Shown piece by piece: positions 38,233 to 64,000 of a DNA stretch of 64,000 nt. Position 1 is the stretch's first letter. The number at the start of each line of letters is the position of its first letter. The stretch comes from Macrostomum lignano (lineage: Eukaryota). Position numbers and translations under genes: made by a program. Location of the stretch: assembly GCA_002269645.1 (NCBI GenBank), contig NIVC01000810.1:1-64000 (forward strand), given 5' to 3'. The notes beneath the pieces were generated by a model. The model saw only the letters and a program-made list of their open reading frames with translations. It had not been told where the DNA came from and ran no database searches.

Positions 38233-38685
38233 CCTGCAAGAGAGAATAGAATAGAAAAAGACAGAAAAGTCCTGTTTTCGATTTGCTATTCTACAATACT
38301 ATATTAAACAATTTGATAAAATTAAACTACAAGTACATTGCTTTATTTCAGAAAAAAATTGGCCGTTAAAAACTTTACAAATATTCAATTTAAATGGTCT
38401 TCACAAGCGTTTATTAAGTTTTTAAAAGGTGAGGAGTTCTAGTTTTGAGTATCTAGTTTAGCCTGACTAAAAATGCTACTGACAGAACACGGACTAAAGC
38501 TTAGCTAGATGGTGAATCGCTACGACTCTCTGCAAAATCGACTCCAAACTAACTACAGCTCAAGAGTCAAAGCGCTGAATCAAAGCATTTATGCATGCGA
38601 AGCGAATTTTTGTTCCTTTTCTGGAAAACTCTGTAATTAAATTGAATAATTTAACTGAAGCATTTGACACGATTTGATCATGTCA

Positions 38686-41600
38686 TCAAACTGGCGTTGT
38701 CTTGGCTCTGCTGTTTCCATGGTAACCGATTGTGCCTCTTGAATACGCTGAATGATGAAGATATCGATTATGCTGCTGCTGCTGATGATGATGATGAAGC
38801 TGCTGCAGGGAGCTCCTCGCGACGACCTCCGGTGTCGGAACGAATCGCGGTGGCGACCCGGTGTCAGCGTCTGACGCCGCCATCATCAGCTCCGGGTGCC
38901 TTTCTCTGGACACGAAATCGTCGCGCTCCTCTTCGTTGTCCTCCCCGTCCGGTAAGTAGCTCCAGGAGTCCTGCAACGAGCCGTCTGGATTGTTGTAGTC
39001 CTGGTACGGATGCTTCAGGCTGTGCAGATGGTACTGCGGCGGCGGCGGAGGCGGCGGAGGCGGAACGCGTTTCGATGTCGACGACTGTGGCGGATGCGGA
39101 GGCGGTGGCGGTAGCAGGTGGATCTCGGGACTCTGCGGACGGCAGCTCTGCCAATTTCGATGCCGATGCTGCATCAGTGTCGACTCGATGGTAGCTCGGT
39201 GCCCTCCTAGGCTGTTTGCATTGTTGCTGCCGCTGACTGGCAGTCGGCTGTTGCTGTTCCCGCCGTTGCCGCCGGTGCAGTTGCCAGCAGCGGCGGTGGC
39301 GTCGGCCAATTTGGCCTTCCTGCTGGCGTAGTGTTTCGACCTGGCGATGTACAAATACACGGCGAACACCCCGGAGAACTCGGTGAACACGAAGCCGATC
39401 ACGCACAGGTAGAAGGATGATCCGTAGCGGTACACGTATTTCTGATCGCCGGAAATGCTGGCCGAGGAGCTGTCGAATGCCTCGCTGATGCTGCCGACGT
39501 ACAGCACAATGCCGATGAGCAGGCAGAGACCTTCGGTGCGGGAAAGTGCATGGGATGAGTCAGGCATGGGGTGAGTCAGGCATGGGGTGAGTCAGGCATG
39601 GGGTGAGTCAGGCATGCGATGAGTCAGGCATGGGGTGAGTCAGGCATGGGGTGAGTCAGGCATGGGGTGAGTCAGGCATGCGATGAGTCAGGCATGGGGT
39701 GAGTCAGGCATGGGATGAGTCAGGCATGGGATGAGTCAGGTATGGGGTGAGTCAGGCATGGGATGAGTCAGGTAATGGGATAAGTCAGACGCGGGATGAG
39801 TAGGACACGAGAGGAGTCAGGCATGGGATGAGTCAGACGCGGGAGGAGTCAGACACAGGATGAGTCAGACGCGGGATGAGTCAGGCATGGGGTGAGTCAG
39901 ACATGGGATGAGTCAGGCACGGGATGAGTCAGACGCGGGATGAGTCAGGCATGGGGTGAGTCAGGCATGGGATGAGTCAGGCACGGGATGAGTCAGGCAT
40001 GGGTGAGTCAGGCATGGGATGAGTCAGGCACGGGATGAGTCAGGCATGGGGTGAGTCAGGCATGGGATGAGTCAGGCACGGGATGAGTCAGGCATGAGGT
40101 GAGTCAGGCATGGGATGAGTCAGACGCGGGATGAGTAGGACACGAGAGGAGTCAGGCATGGGATGAGTCAGACACGGGAGGAGTCAGGCATGGGGTGAGT
40201 CAGACATGGGATGAGTCAGGCACGGGATGAGTAGGACACGAGAGGAGTCAGGCATGGGATGAGTCAGGCACGGGATGAGTCAGGCATGGGGTGAGTCAGG
40301 CATGGGATGAGTCAGGCATGGGATGAGACAGACACGGGAGGAGTCAGACACGGGATGAGTCAGACGCGGGATGAGTCAGGTAATGGGATAAGTCAGACGC
40401 GGGATGAGTAGGACACGAGAGGAGTCAGGCATGGGATGAGACAGACACGGGAGGAGTCAGACACGGGATGAGTCAGACGCGGGATGAGTCAGGCATGGGG
40501 GTGAGTCAGGCATGGGATGAGTCAGGTATGGGACGAGTCAGACACGGGATGAGTCAGGCATGTGGGTGAGTCAGGCATGGGATGAGTCAGGCACGGGATG
40601 AGTCAGGCACGGGATGAGTCAGGCATGGGGTGAGTCAGGCATGGGGTGAGTCAGGCATGGGATGAGTCAGACATGGGATGAGTCAGGCATGGGGTGAGTC
40701 AGGCATGGGATGAGTCAGGCATGGGATGAGTCAGGCACGGGATGAGTCAGGTATGGGGTGAGTCAGGCATGGGATGAGTCAGGCATGGGGTGAGTCAGGC
40801 ACGGACTGAGTCAGGCATGGGATGAGTCAAACACGGGATGAGTCAGGCATGGGATGAGTCAGGCACGGACTGAGTCAGGCATGGGATGAGTCAGGCACGG
40901 ACTGAGTCAGGCATGAAATCCCGCGCCCCAGGCCAGCCAGCTCCTCACCGGAGAACACAAACAGAGCTCCGCTGATGAAGATCAGTCTGATGGCTTTGGG
41001 ATCGCAGAAGCTGAAGAAGGTGACCACGCAGCCAATGAGCAGCAGGGTCAGGCCAGCTGCCGGGAACAGGCTGGCTATGTGAAGGTCGTCTGCGGCGGCG
41101 GGTGCGGCGAGGGCGAGGCAAACTGCACAGTCGCCTCTCAGTAAAGACTTCTCGTGATAAAGTTTATCTGCCTTTAATAGGGTGCTGCATTCTCAGATGA
41201 TCTCTGATTTTTTTTAAACTTGATACCCCTAAAACTTGAAAACCCACTAAACTCAACAATCTACCAAAATTAAAAACTCGCCAAACTTAACAACCCACCA
41301 AACTTAATAACCCACCAACCAAACTTAGCAATCTACCAAAATTAAAAACCCACAAAACTTAACAACCCACCAAACTTAACAATTCACCCACCAAACTTAA
41401 CAACCCACCAAACATAGCAACTCAACAAACCTAAAGACCTAACAAACTTTACAACCTACCAAAATTAACAGCCTAGCAAACTTAACAACCCACCAAACCT
41501 AAAAATTTAACAAACTTTAGAACCCCAAACTAACCAACCCGAAAATTTCATAGATGTAATTTCTTTAAGCTTTACAAATCAATTAAAAACGCTTTATTCT

Positions 41601-43318
41601 AGGAAAATATGTTGACTCGAAGAAAATTTTAGGAAAGCTGAAAGCTGAGCATCGAGACATCCTCTAGGATTTTCCTAAGGATTCTGTGAGCTGCAGATGT
41701 CCTACGGTTTGCACTTTTGAGCCTTCAAACTCCCAAGGGAGAATTCGCTTGTGAATAGGATCAATGGATACGAATCAGCGCCCTTAACTAGAAAAGGCTT
41801 CGCCTTGAGTGGACATCCGCCAGTTCAATCTAGGAGCCCTACTATGGGCTTATATACATTTAAATGAAATCAATCGCCGAGAAAACTATGGCCTGCGATC
41901 GATCGGGTATTCGCTCCACCTCCAGGCCTCTCGTTAAGGATCTCGGCCTGAAAGTGGGGATACCCATTCGACTTCGCGGGGAATTGCGTCTCGCTGGGAC
42001 GACCAATAAAAAATCTAATTTGTCTGACGCTTTTGAATTTCAATTCCGAGCCGCCCTTGCATTTATTTGAAAGTCAAATTTTCAAACTGGGGATCGCTGG
42101 ACATTGCGCGCGTATTTTCAATATCGGGTGAGAATCAGATTTAATCGATTGCTAAAAGTATCAACAACAACATCAACAACAACAACAAAACTCGAACTCA
42201 CGAATATCCGTGGCCTTCATATCGCCCGACTTTTTGTCTTGAAATGCCACCACGGCCATGAAATGCGACCTGTTGTGGTAGCTGCAGTTGCTGCCCAGCT
42301 CTGATGTGTCTTCGACTGGAAAAATCGTACGAAGTATCGGTCAGACTCGCCCAATGCAATCCAGACTTCGACTAGCCTGAGGTTATGCCCCATGAGCTTC
42401 GTCATGCTCGCTTCGTCATCTCGGCAGGAAGCTGGGATACCTAGCCAGCCTAGTCAGATCCCCAACACTGCCGGGGGTCGCTTTCGATTTGCCCTCGACA
42501 CGCAGGACAAGTAAGATAAGTGAAACAGAGAGGCAACTCTCCTCTCCGGTCCCCAGGGGAAGAACTCTGGGTCGAGAACAGTTCGGGCAGAAATCTCCTC
42601 TCTCTCCGAACTCCCATACCCGCTATAGTGGAAGATGTGTGAGAGGTAAATTTTCTCAATGGAAGAAGATCACAGGAGCTCACTTAATAGGGTTGGGAGG
42701 GTGCACTCAAGGTTCGCTGAGTGCAACTGACAGTTGCACTAAAGCTATGGCACTCGATCGTCAAGGTTCTGTGCTCAGAAAAAAGCTTTATGAATATTTA
42801 TAATCAGCCACATGCTGAGCATACTGAGCACACTGAATTGTCTTCAGGCTTCGGCCACACTCACTGACTTCCGGCGTCCACATGAAGATGGTCTGCTTAT
42901 TCAGCTTCGGAATCGACCGGGCTTGGTAGCACTTCCTCCACAGCCCGGAGTGCAGCGTGATGATGTCCGTGCCGTTCGCGCGGCTCTCCCTCTCGTAGGT
43001 GAACAGCCAGAAGTCGGTGGCCACGGAGACTGACAGGATGACAAAGGCGCTGCACGCGTTGAAGCAGGTCAGACCGATCAGGGCCTTCTTCTTGCCGCAG
43101 CGTCTGTAGAAGCTGTCACTTATTGACAGTCGATGCGACACCTGGGCGGAGGCGCCTCCCATTCTGTTGTCGCGGCTATGAAACAGTGCCAGTGTGCCAG
43201 AGCAATCCCTGTGCCCAAGGGAGGCTGACTCGAATGCCACACAGGGAGAGAGAGAAAACAGAACCGGGGCTGCGAGCGACTCGAGGAGATCTGGGGAGTT
43301 GACGCCTTTTTTGGCCAT
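38686..43318 (-). CDS. CACNG: TARP/stargazin-like (voltage-gated Ca channel gamma subunit, PMP22/claudin family); exons 43318-42865, 42315-42202, 41089-40949, 39530-38686
   Basis: VATDFWLF, HSGLWRKC (claudin GLWxxC), second Cys in NCSYHN, ASLFP..TM2, ISGALFVFSG|LCLLIGIVLYVGSI, YRYGSSFYL..FTEFSGVFAVYLYI, and C-terminal KTTPV. All internal junctions are phase 1 GT-AG; the middle exons are 114 and 141 nt. The start Met is uncertain. Confidence 0.87.
39548..40915. repeat. 16-nt minisatellite (GCATGGGATGAGTCAG) filling TARP intron 3
   Basis: About 85 copies. Confidence 0.95.
41230..41540. repeat. Degenerate AC-rich repeat (AAACTTAACAACCCACC)
   Basis: Direct reading. Confidence 0.7.
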
Positions 43319-44099
43319 CCATGCAGCCGTTCATTCGCAGAGCTGCCTACGCCTCCCCTGCCCCGCTCCTTCGAGCTGCTGCCCCTATGGCGAAAAGGGA
43401 AGCTGAGAAAGGCTGGCAGGCGGGCAGAGGGCAGAGCGGAGCAGGGACGCTGCCTGTCCCCGAGAGTCGCATAAGCGGAAAATGCACTCTCTCCGCATCC
43501 CCTCCCTCCCCTGCTCGTCTTTCTCTCCTATAGCATCTCAAACCAGATCGGGCCCTCAGACCAGAGCAGTCCCCTTCCACTAATCTTCCAGGCTCGAGTG
43601 TGGCCTCGGAGCCCGACGCTGCGGGCTACAGTAGAAGGAAAGTGTGGGGAGAATTAGAAGCCGCCGGGGTGGAAGGCCAGGGCAGGGGAACCCGTGAGCC
43701 CGTGTGGGAGGCTGGGATACTGGGAAGAGACTGGCTCCCTGTGCAACACAATTTCCTATGCAAAGCTCCCGCAAATATGGAATAAATGAAAAATGGAGAC
43801 GCCGCTCAGACAGAAAGATGAAGAAGCGGATATCAGCAGGAGACGGGGGGGGGTGGCGGATTTGCCGAAATACAAAAAAGAACATTGGCCGCGGGGCAGC
43901 ACGGAGGCAGCTGCCTATCTCCTGTTTCCTGATGCAGAATATTCATCTACACGAAATACAAAGAAACTCGGCAACAGAGTTCACGAAAACCAAACAGAAT
44001 GGGGGAATTTCTTGAACTGAGACACCCACCAGCTGAGCTTGAAGACAAATTCCATTCTTCTGGGCCGAGCTGCATCTGGCTTCAATGCGTCATCGGCCC

Positions 44100-45930
44100 T
44101 CTGTCCTCTCTCCTGCCTCTCCTCTCCTGCCTCTCCTCTCCTGCCTCTCCTGCCTCTCCTGCCTCTCCTCTCCTGCCTCTCCTCTCCTGCCTCTCCTGCC
44201 TCTCCTGCCTCTCCTCTCCTGCCTCTCCTCTCCTGCCTCTCCTCTCCTGCCTCTCCTCTCCTGCCTCTCCTCTCCTGCCTCTCCTCTCCTGCCTCTCCTC
44301 TCCTGCCTCTCCTCTCCTGCCTCTCCTCTCCTGCCTCTCCTCTCCTGCCTCTCCTCTCCTGCCTCTCCTCTCCTGCCTCTCCTCTCCTGCCTCTCCTCTC
44401 CTGCCTCTCCTCTCCTGCCTCTCCTCTCCTGCCTCTCCTCTCCTGCCTCTCCTCCTGCCTCTCCTCTCCTGCCTCTCCTCTCCTGCCTCTCCTGCCTCTC
44501 CTCTCCTGCCTCTCCTCTCCTGCCTCTCCTGCCTCTCCTCTCCTGCCTCTCCTCTCCTGCCTCTCTCTCCTGCCTCTCCTCTCCTGCCTCTCCTCTCCTG
44601 CCTCTCCTGCCTCTCCTCTCCTGCCTCTCCTCTCCTGCCTCTCCTCTCCTGCCTCTCCTCTCCTGCCTCTCCTCTCCTGCCTCTCCTCTCCTGCCTCTCT
44701 TCTCCTGCCTCTCCTCTCCTGCCTCTCTTCTCCTGCCTCTCTTCTCCTGCCTCTCCTCTCCTGCCTCTCCTCTCCTGCCTCTCCTCTCCTGCCTCTCTTC
44801 TCCTGCCTCTCCTCTCCTGCCTCTCTTCTCCTGCCTCTCTTCTCCTGCCTCTCCTCTCCTGCCTCTCCTCTCCTGCCTCTCCTCTCCTGCCTCTCCTCTC
44901 CTGCCTCTCCTCTCCTGCCTCTCCTCTCCTGCCTCTCCTCTCCTGCCTCTCCTCTCCTGCCTCTCCTCTCCTGCCTCTCCTCTCCTGCCTCTCCTGCCTC
45001 TCCTCTCCTGCCTCTCCTCTCCTGCCTCTCCTCTCCTGCCTCTCCTCTCCTGCCTCTGCTGCCTCTCCTCTCCTGCCTCTCCTCTCCTGCCTCTCCTCTC
45101 CTGCCTCTGCTGCCTCTCCTCTCCTGCCTCTCCTCTCCTGCCTCTCCTCTCCTGCCTCTCCTCTCCTGCCTCTGCTGCCTCTCCTCTCCTGCCTCTCCTC
45201 TCCTGCCTCTCCTCTCCTGCCTCTCCTCTCCTGCCTCTCCTCTCCTGCCTCTCCTCTCCTGCCTCTCCTCTCCTGCCTCTCTTCTCCTGCCTCTCTTCTC
45301 CTGCCTCTCTTCTCCTGCCTCTCCTCTCCTGCCTCTCTTCTCCTGCCTCTCCTCTCCTGCCTCTCCTCTCCTGCCTCTCTTCTCCTGCCTCTCCTCTCCT
45401 GCCTCTCTTCTCCTGCCTCTCCTCTCCTGCCTCTCCTCTCCTGCCTCTCTTCTCCTGCCTCTCTTCTCCTGCCTCTCTTCTCCTGCCTCTCCTCTCCTGC
45501 CTCTCCTCTCCTGCCTCTCCTCTCCTGCCTCTCCTCTCCTGCCTCTCCTCTCCTGCCTCTCCTCTCCTGCCTCTCTTCTCCTGCCTCTCTTCTCCTGCCT
45601 CTCCTCTCCTGCCTCTCCTCTCCTGCCTCTCTTCTCCTGCCTCTCTTCTCCTGCCTCTCTTCTCCTGCCTCTCCTCTCCTGCCTCTCCTCTCCTGCCTCT
45701 CCTCTCCTGCCTCTCCTCTCCTGCCTCTCCTCTCCTGCCTCTCCTCTCCTGCCTCTCCTCTCCTGCCTCTCCTCTCCTGCCTCTCCTCTCCTGCCTCTCC
45801 TCTCCTGCCTCTCCTCTCCTGCCTCTCCTCTCCTGCCTCTCCTCTCCTGCCTCTCCTCTCCTGCCTCTCCTCTCCTGCCTCTCCTCTCCTGCCTCTCCTC
45901 TCCTGCATCTCCTCCCTGCCTCTCCTCTTC
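44100..45930. repeat. 14-nt polypyrimidine minisatellite (CCTCTCCTCTCCTG), ~1.8 kb
   Basis: About 130 copies; source of the 600+ aa low-complexity ORFs. Confidence 0.98.
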
Positions 45931-46096
45931 TGCCTCTCTCCTCTATCTTTACTCTATATTCTCTCTACATTCAACCGTTCCTTCAGAAAGTCTTAAATAA
46001 ACACTAGATAGTTAAGTCTAAAAACACTTTGCTACCTACTGAGAGTAGACTGAATTGCTTTTGCAGCTTTTGACCTTGACAATACAACCATTTTAA

Positions 46097-46435
<339 letters not shown>

Positions 46436-47339
46436 GTCATCAGTTGCCAGCTTATGCTTATTTCAGATTTCACTATCGAAAATGCCTTGCAGCCTCATGC
46501 AAATGCAGGAGTTCCACTCTCTACCCCCGGCAACTGCCCGCAGTGTTTCTAGGAAAAGCTTGCATTGTCTGCCAAGCACTTCCTGGTTGCTGGGCTCTCC
46601 GCGCCACTCTATAAGAGCAGGGACAGACAGCACGGCCTCTACCTGAATCCGCCAGCTCATTTCCGGAATTTGCAGCCGGATTCATCTCTGAGCGCTGCTG
46701 CCTGCTTCTCTGCTTTTGCCACTGGGGCGTCAGAAAAATCAGAGAACCTTTTTTCGACAGACAAGCTAACGCAGTTTCTGTTACTTTATGAGTTGTCATT
46801 GCGAGCAAAGTAAACTAATTGTATTTCAATTGGATTCTGAAGATGCTTTTCGCCGATATGTCTCAACGCTGATTGCGGGACGATGTCCTCGAAGATTTTT
46901 CGTGGTTGCTTAGCAACAAAGTCCACAATTTGCATCATCCAAATTTTCACTTAGAACATGACGACAGGCGCCGCTGCAGCGACAAACTTTAGTGGGATAA
47001 AATCCCTTTAGCATTGCTTCAGTTAAAACAGCAGCTCCCTTTCCTTTAAGAAGTTAGTCAGCCTGGGGCAAGCGATGTCTCAATGGCTTGGTTTGGTTTT
47101 GAGCAATTTGTCGAAACCTTTTTTCCCAGCTTGACTGGGCAGGAGGGGACTGAATGTGCAGCGAAGCGCTTGGCCTCCTCCCATTGGTTGCTGTGCAAAG
47201 CTTTAGGGGGCAGGTTGGGCTTTACAGTAGTAGCAGCTGGGAAGGCCAGCAACCTAGAGAGAGTAAATCGGAAGCAGCTCAAACTGCAGCATTCGGCAGC
47301 CGAGGGTATTTAGTGAGTCTTATCGGTCGGGCAAAGCCA

Positions 47340-61336
<13,997 letters not shown>

Positions 61337-62992
61337 AGAAAGCCGTTGTGAGAGTCGATGCGTGGAACGCTTGAGTTTAATTTGTTATACTTTAAAACAG
61401 TGTCTAAGACTTATAATAACAGCGTCACAACTTCAAAAAATGCGTCAATAAAAGCCACTAGTAGATCCATTACATGAAGCATGCGTGTATGATCTCGCAA
61501 CATGTCATTTTCTCTCTCCTGCTAGCTGCATGATGGATAGTGTATGCGCGCTCAGATCCGTACTGTCTTCCGTCTAAAAAGATTGCTTTGCTTTGCAATA
61601 TATGGTAATTGTTTAATATTTCCCCCGCGCTACTGAGAACTAACAAAAGTCTGATACAATATATAATGCTACAAGTAGTATACACTGCGCATTAGCAAAT
61701 ACCACTAGAAGTTTCTGAACCCTGGAGAGTATTTATATTTGGTTTAACACTGGCTGCTTTCAAATTATTGAGTGTCGGAGTTGATCAGGTTTCACTACTG
61801 GGTTGAGAGCTAAAGTATAAATTTCACCATTTTGTTTGCCACAGACAGCCGAATTCGATTTAAGATAATTGCCGGAAGCAGCTGTGCAAATAGGCTCGTA
61901 CAACATATACGAGTACATGTATTCTCTTCGTTCCTTCTTTACTCCCGGCAAAGCTCAGCCAACATTGGACAAACTCAGAAATTGAGAGCAGAGCTCACTA
62001 AACTCAATCTGAGACCTTGTATTATGAAACCTTTTTATTCTTCTTGTCTAGCTCAAATTCGTTTTTCGTTTCCGTACTGAAAATTGGCTCAGTTGTGGTT
62101 GAAATAATTGACTGAATGCGACTTTGGATTTTAGTGGGCAGAATTCTGCCGTACATGTAAGCTATCAACTCTTTATATTAGCCATATGGCTAGCAGCAGA
62201 GTTCCACCAACAACCTCCATCAAAGCCACAAAATTCAATAGTGTGTTTCGACTTTCGCCGATTTTATTACAGTAAAACAATTTATTACTGAACTTCCCAA
62301 TTAGAAAATAACACTCAAACAATTAATGAAAACTGAAGGATTGGGGAAATAAAACAAAATGTCAACGTCACATGGTGTCGTAAATAAGGGCGAAAAATTA
62401 ATGTTCATTTGCTATACTATTGTTAATAATACCCCGTAAATATTAGCTTTGTCCCCCAACCCTGGATGCATCAAGAAAAATTCCAGTGTTACGCCACCGA
62501 TGTCACATTAAAGAAAAAGTGGAGCTCAGCCTCGGTTTTGAAATTATTGATAAAATATAGAATATATTCCGACTTAAATGCTCCGGTAAGTTACTAATTT
62601 CTTTAAAAGAATACTTAGCATTCGCTGAATTCTAAAACAAGCTACTGTTGCTATCAATAAATTGAAAGATCTGAGGTATTTTTACGGCAGATTATAACTG
62701 CCTATGTAAATGTACGTTAGATTTCAAATTCTAAACTGTTCAACAGGCTTCAGACAGAAATATTCGAACTTCCGCGTTAAGCATTTATCGCGTCCATTTT
62801 AACAGCATTTACTTTAAAAACACACAGGCTCGCAATCTTATGTGAGATCCTGATTGATTAATTAGAGTAAATGTAAAAAATTATATATATAGAGCTCGTT
62901 TGAAAAAAACAACTTGATTTTATCAAAAGTTTTAGTACTTATTTTCAATTTCCACTTCTCGAAATTTTACTTCTATGTTAAAAGTAAGCAAG

Positions 62993-63068
62993 GGTAAGGG
63001 GTAAAACACTACACCTGTTACCTGTTAGCCTGTTACCCCATTTTTCGGGTAGTGTTTTACCCCTTACC
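62993..63068. mobile_element. 76-bp MITE with perfect 20-bp TIRs and 9-bp TSD (Merlin- or MULE-like)
   Basis: GGTAAGGGGTAAAACACTAC (62993-63012) and GTAGTGTTTTACCCCTTACC (63049-63068), flanked by GTAAGCAAG at 62984-62992 and 63069-63077. Confidence 0.8.
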
Positions 63069-64000
63069 GTAAGCAAGCATTATTTTTAAGGCCTATAAAA
63101 GGGAACGGCGTCACAAATCTCACGTCCTGCACAGACTTATATGTGCATTTGAAAATATTAAATGAAAAAAAGATTTTTTTTCTCATTTTCTTATTTATAC
63201 TCTGTTTCTCTTTATTTTACTGTATTTCAACAGCAGGTGCATGTGCATGCTAGTATGCTACCTGTACCAGATTCTTATTCAATGAATAAGTCTTATTCAT
63301 TGAATAATATACAATGCAATGTAAAATATAAAAGTAATTTTATTGGTAAATTTCTAAACTTATAAAAATGCTTTTCATTTTATAATTTTTGTGTTATCAT
63401 ACTACATAATATGAAGTCAAATTGTCATGCTACAAGACAAATTAAACTATTGGATGGGAATTATTCTTGACTATTTAATCCCTTTGCCTATCAAGCTCTA
63501 AATCGCATAGTTTGTTTAAATTAAATGGTGTATGTTGAAAAACATCACCCTATGATTTATTAATGTTAGGTCAAGTATATATTTATCAATATTTAAACTT
63601 CTATATATTGTATTAACTGTTAGGTACAAAAATAAATATAAAATACTATCCGCATGGTTTAATTATTTATGTTGATATTTTAATCAGTGTATAACTAGTA
63701 AAATTTAAAAATATGTTTACTTTTATACTTTTTACTTTAACTTTAACTTTACTTTATACTAAAAAGTAAAAAAAAGTTTTATTCAAAAAAATTAATCATC
63801 AGAAATAGTACTATATTTTAGTCTGGCCTATTAACTTTCCAGTTTCTACTCCCTCATCAGTGCTGAATTTAAAATGGCATCAAGCAATGATGCCGGCAGC
63901 ACTGACCAACAAGGTGACAATGTACCATTGCTGCGACATCCGCACATAGTTGTTAGCCAGAACACTGTTGATGCTGGCAGTGAGGATGCTGCAGAAAGTG

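Noticed and set aside
42217-42405. 62-aa minus-strand ORF in the track as a separate gene
   Set aside because: It overlaps TARP exon 2 (42315-42202) in a different frame; the exon explains the region.
43999-46007. Four 600+ aa ORFs on both strands
   Set aside because: They are translations of a 14-nt tandem repeat that lacks stop codons; no domain content.

Overview
Eukaryotic (animal) genomic DNA, not prokaryotic. The satellite-filled introns and sequence style suggest a free-living flatworm such as Macrostomum (inference only). Four intron-containing genes can be reconstructed by hand from protein motifs and phase-consistent splice sites: (1) mitochondrial aspartyl-tRNA synthetase DARS2 (+, 2359-23479), whose 16.8-kb third intron holds a stack of truncated transposons all oriented antisense; (2) a short neuron-navigator/unc-53-like AAA+ gene (+, 29716-37208); (3) a TARP/stargazin (CACNG)-like gene ending in -TTPV (-, 43318-38686); (4) an anion-selective Cys-loop receptor subunit (+, 47340-61336). 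Most introns carry their own mini- or microsatellite, which explains most of the very long ORFs in the track. The most unusual items are an ~124-unit in-frame tandem array of the receptor's own 5' splice site, two divergent mutually exclusive 68-nt exons in the same gene, a TARP intron made of repeated branch-point units, a GGGAAAC slippery site plus candidate pseudoknot in a gypsy element, and a 76-bp MITE with perfect TIRs and a 9-bp TSD. All coordinates were read by eye; no searches were run.
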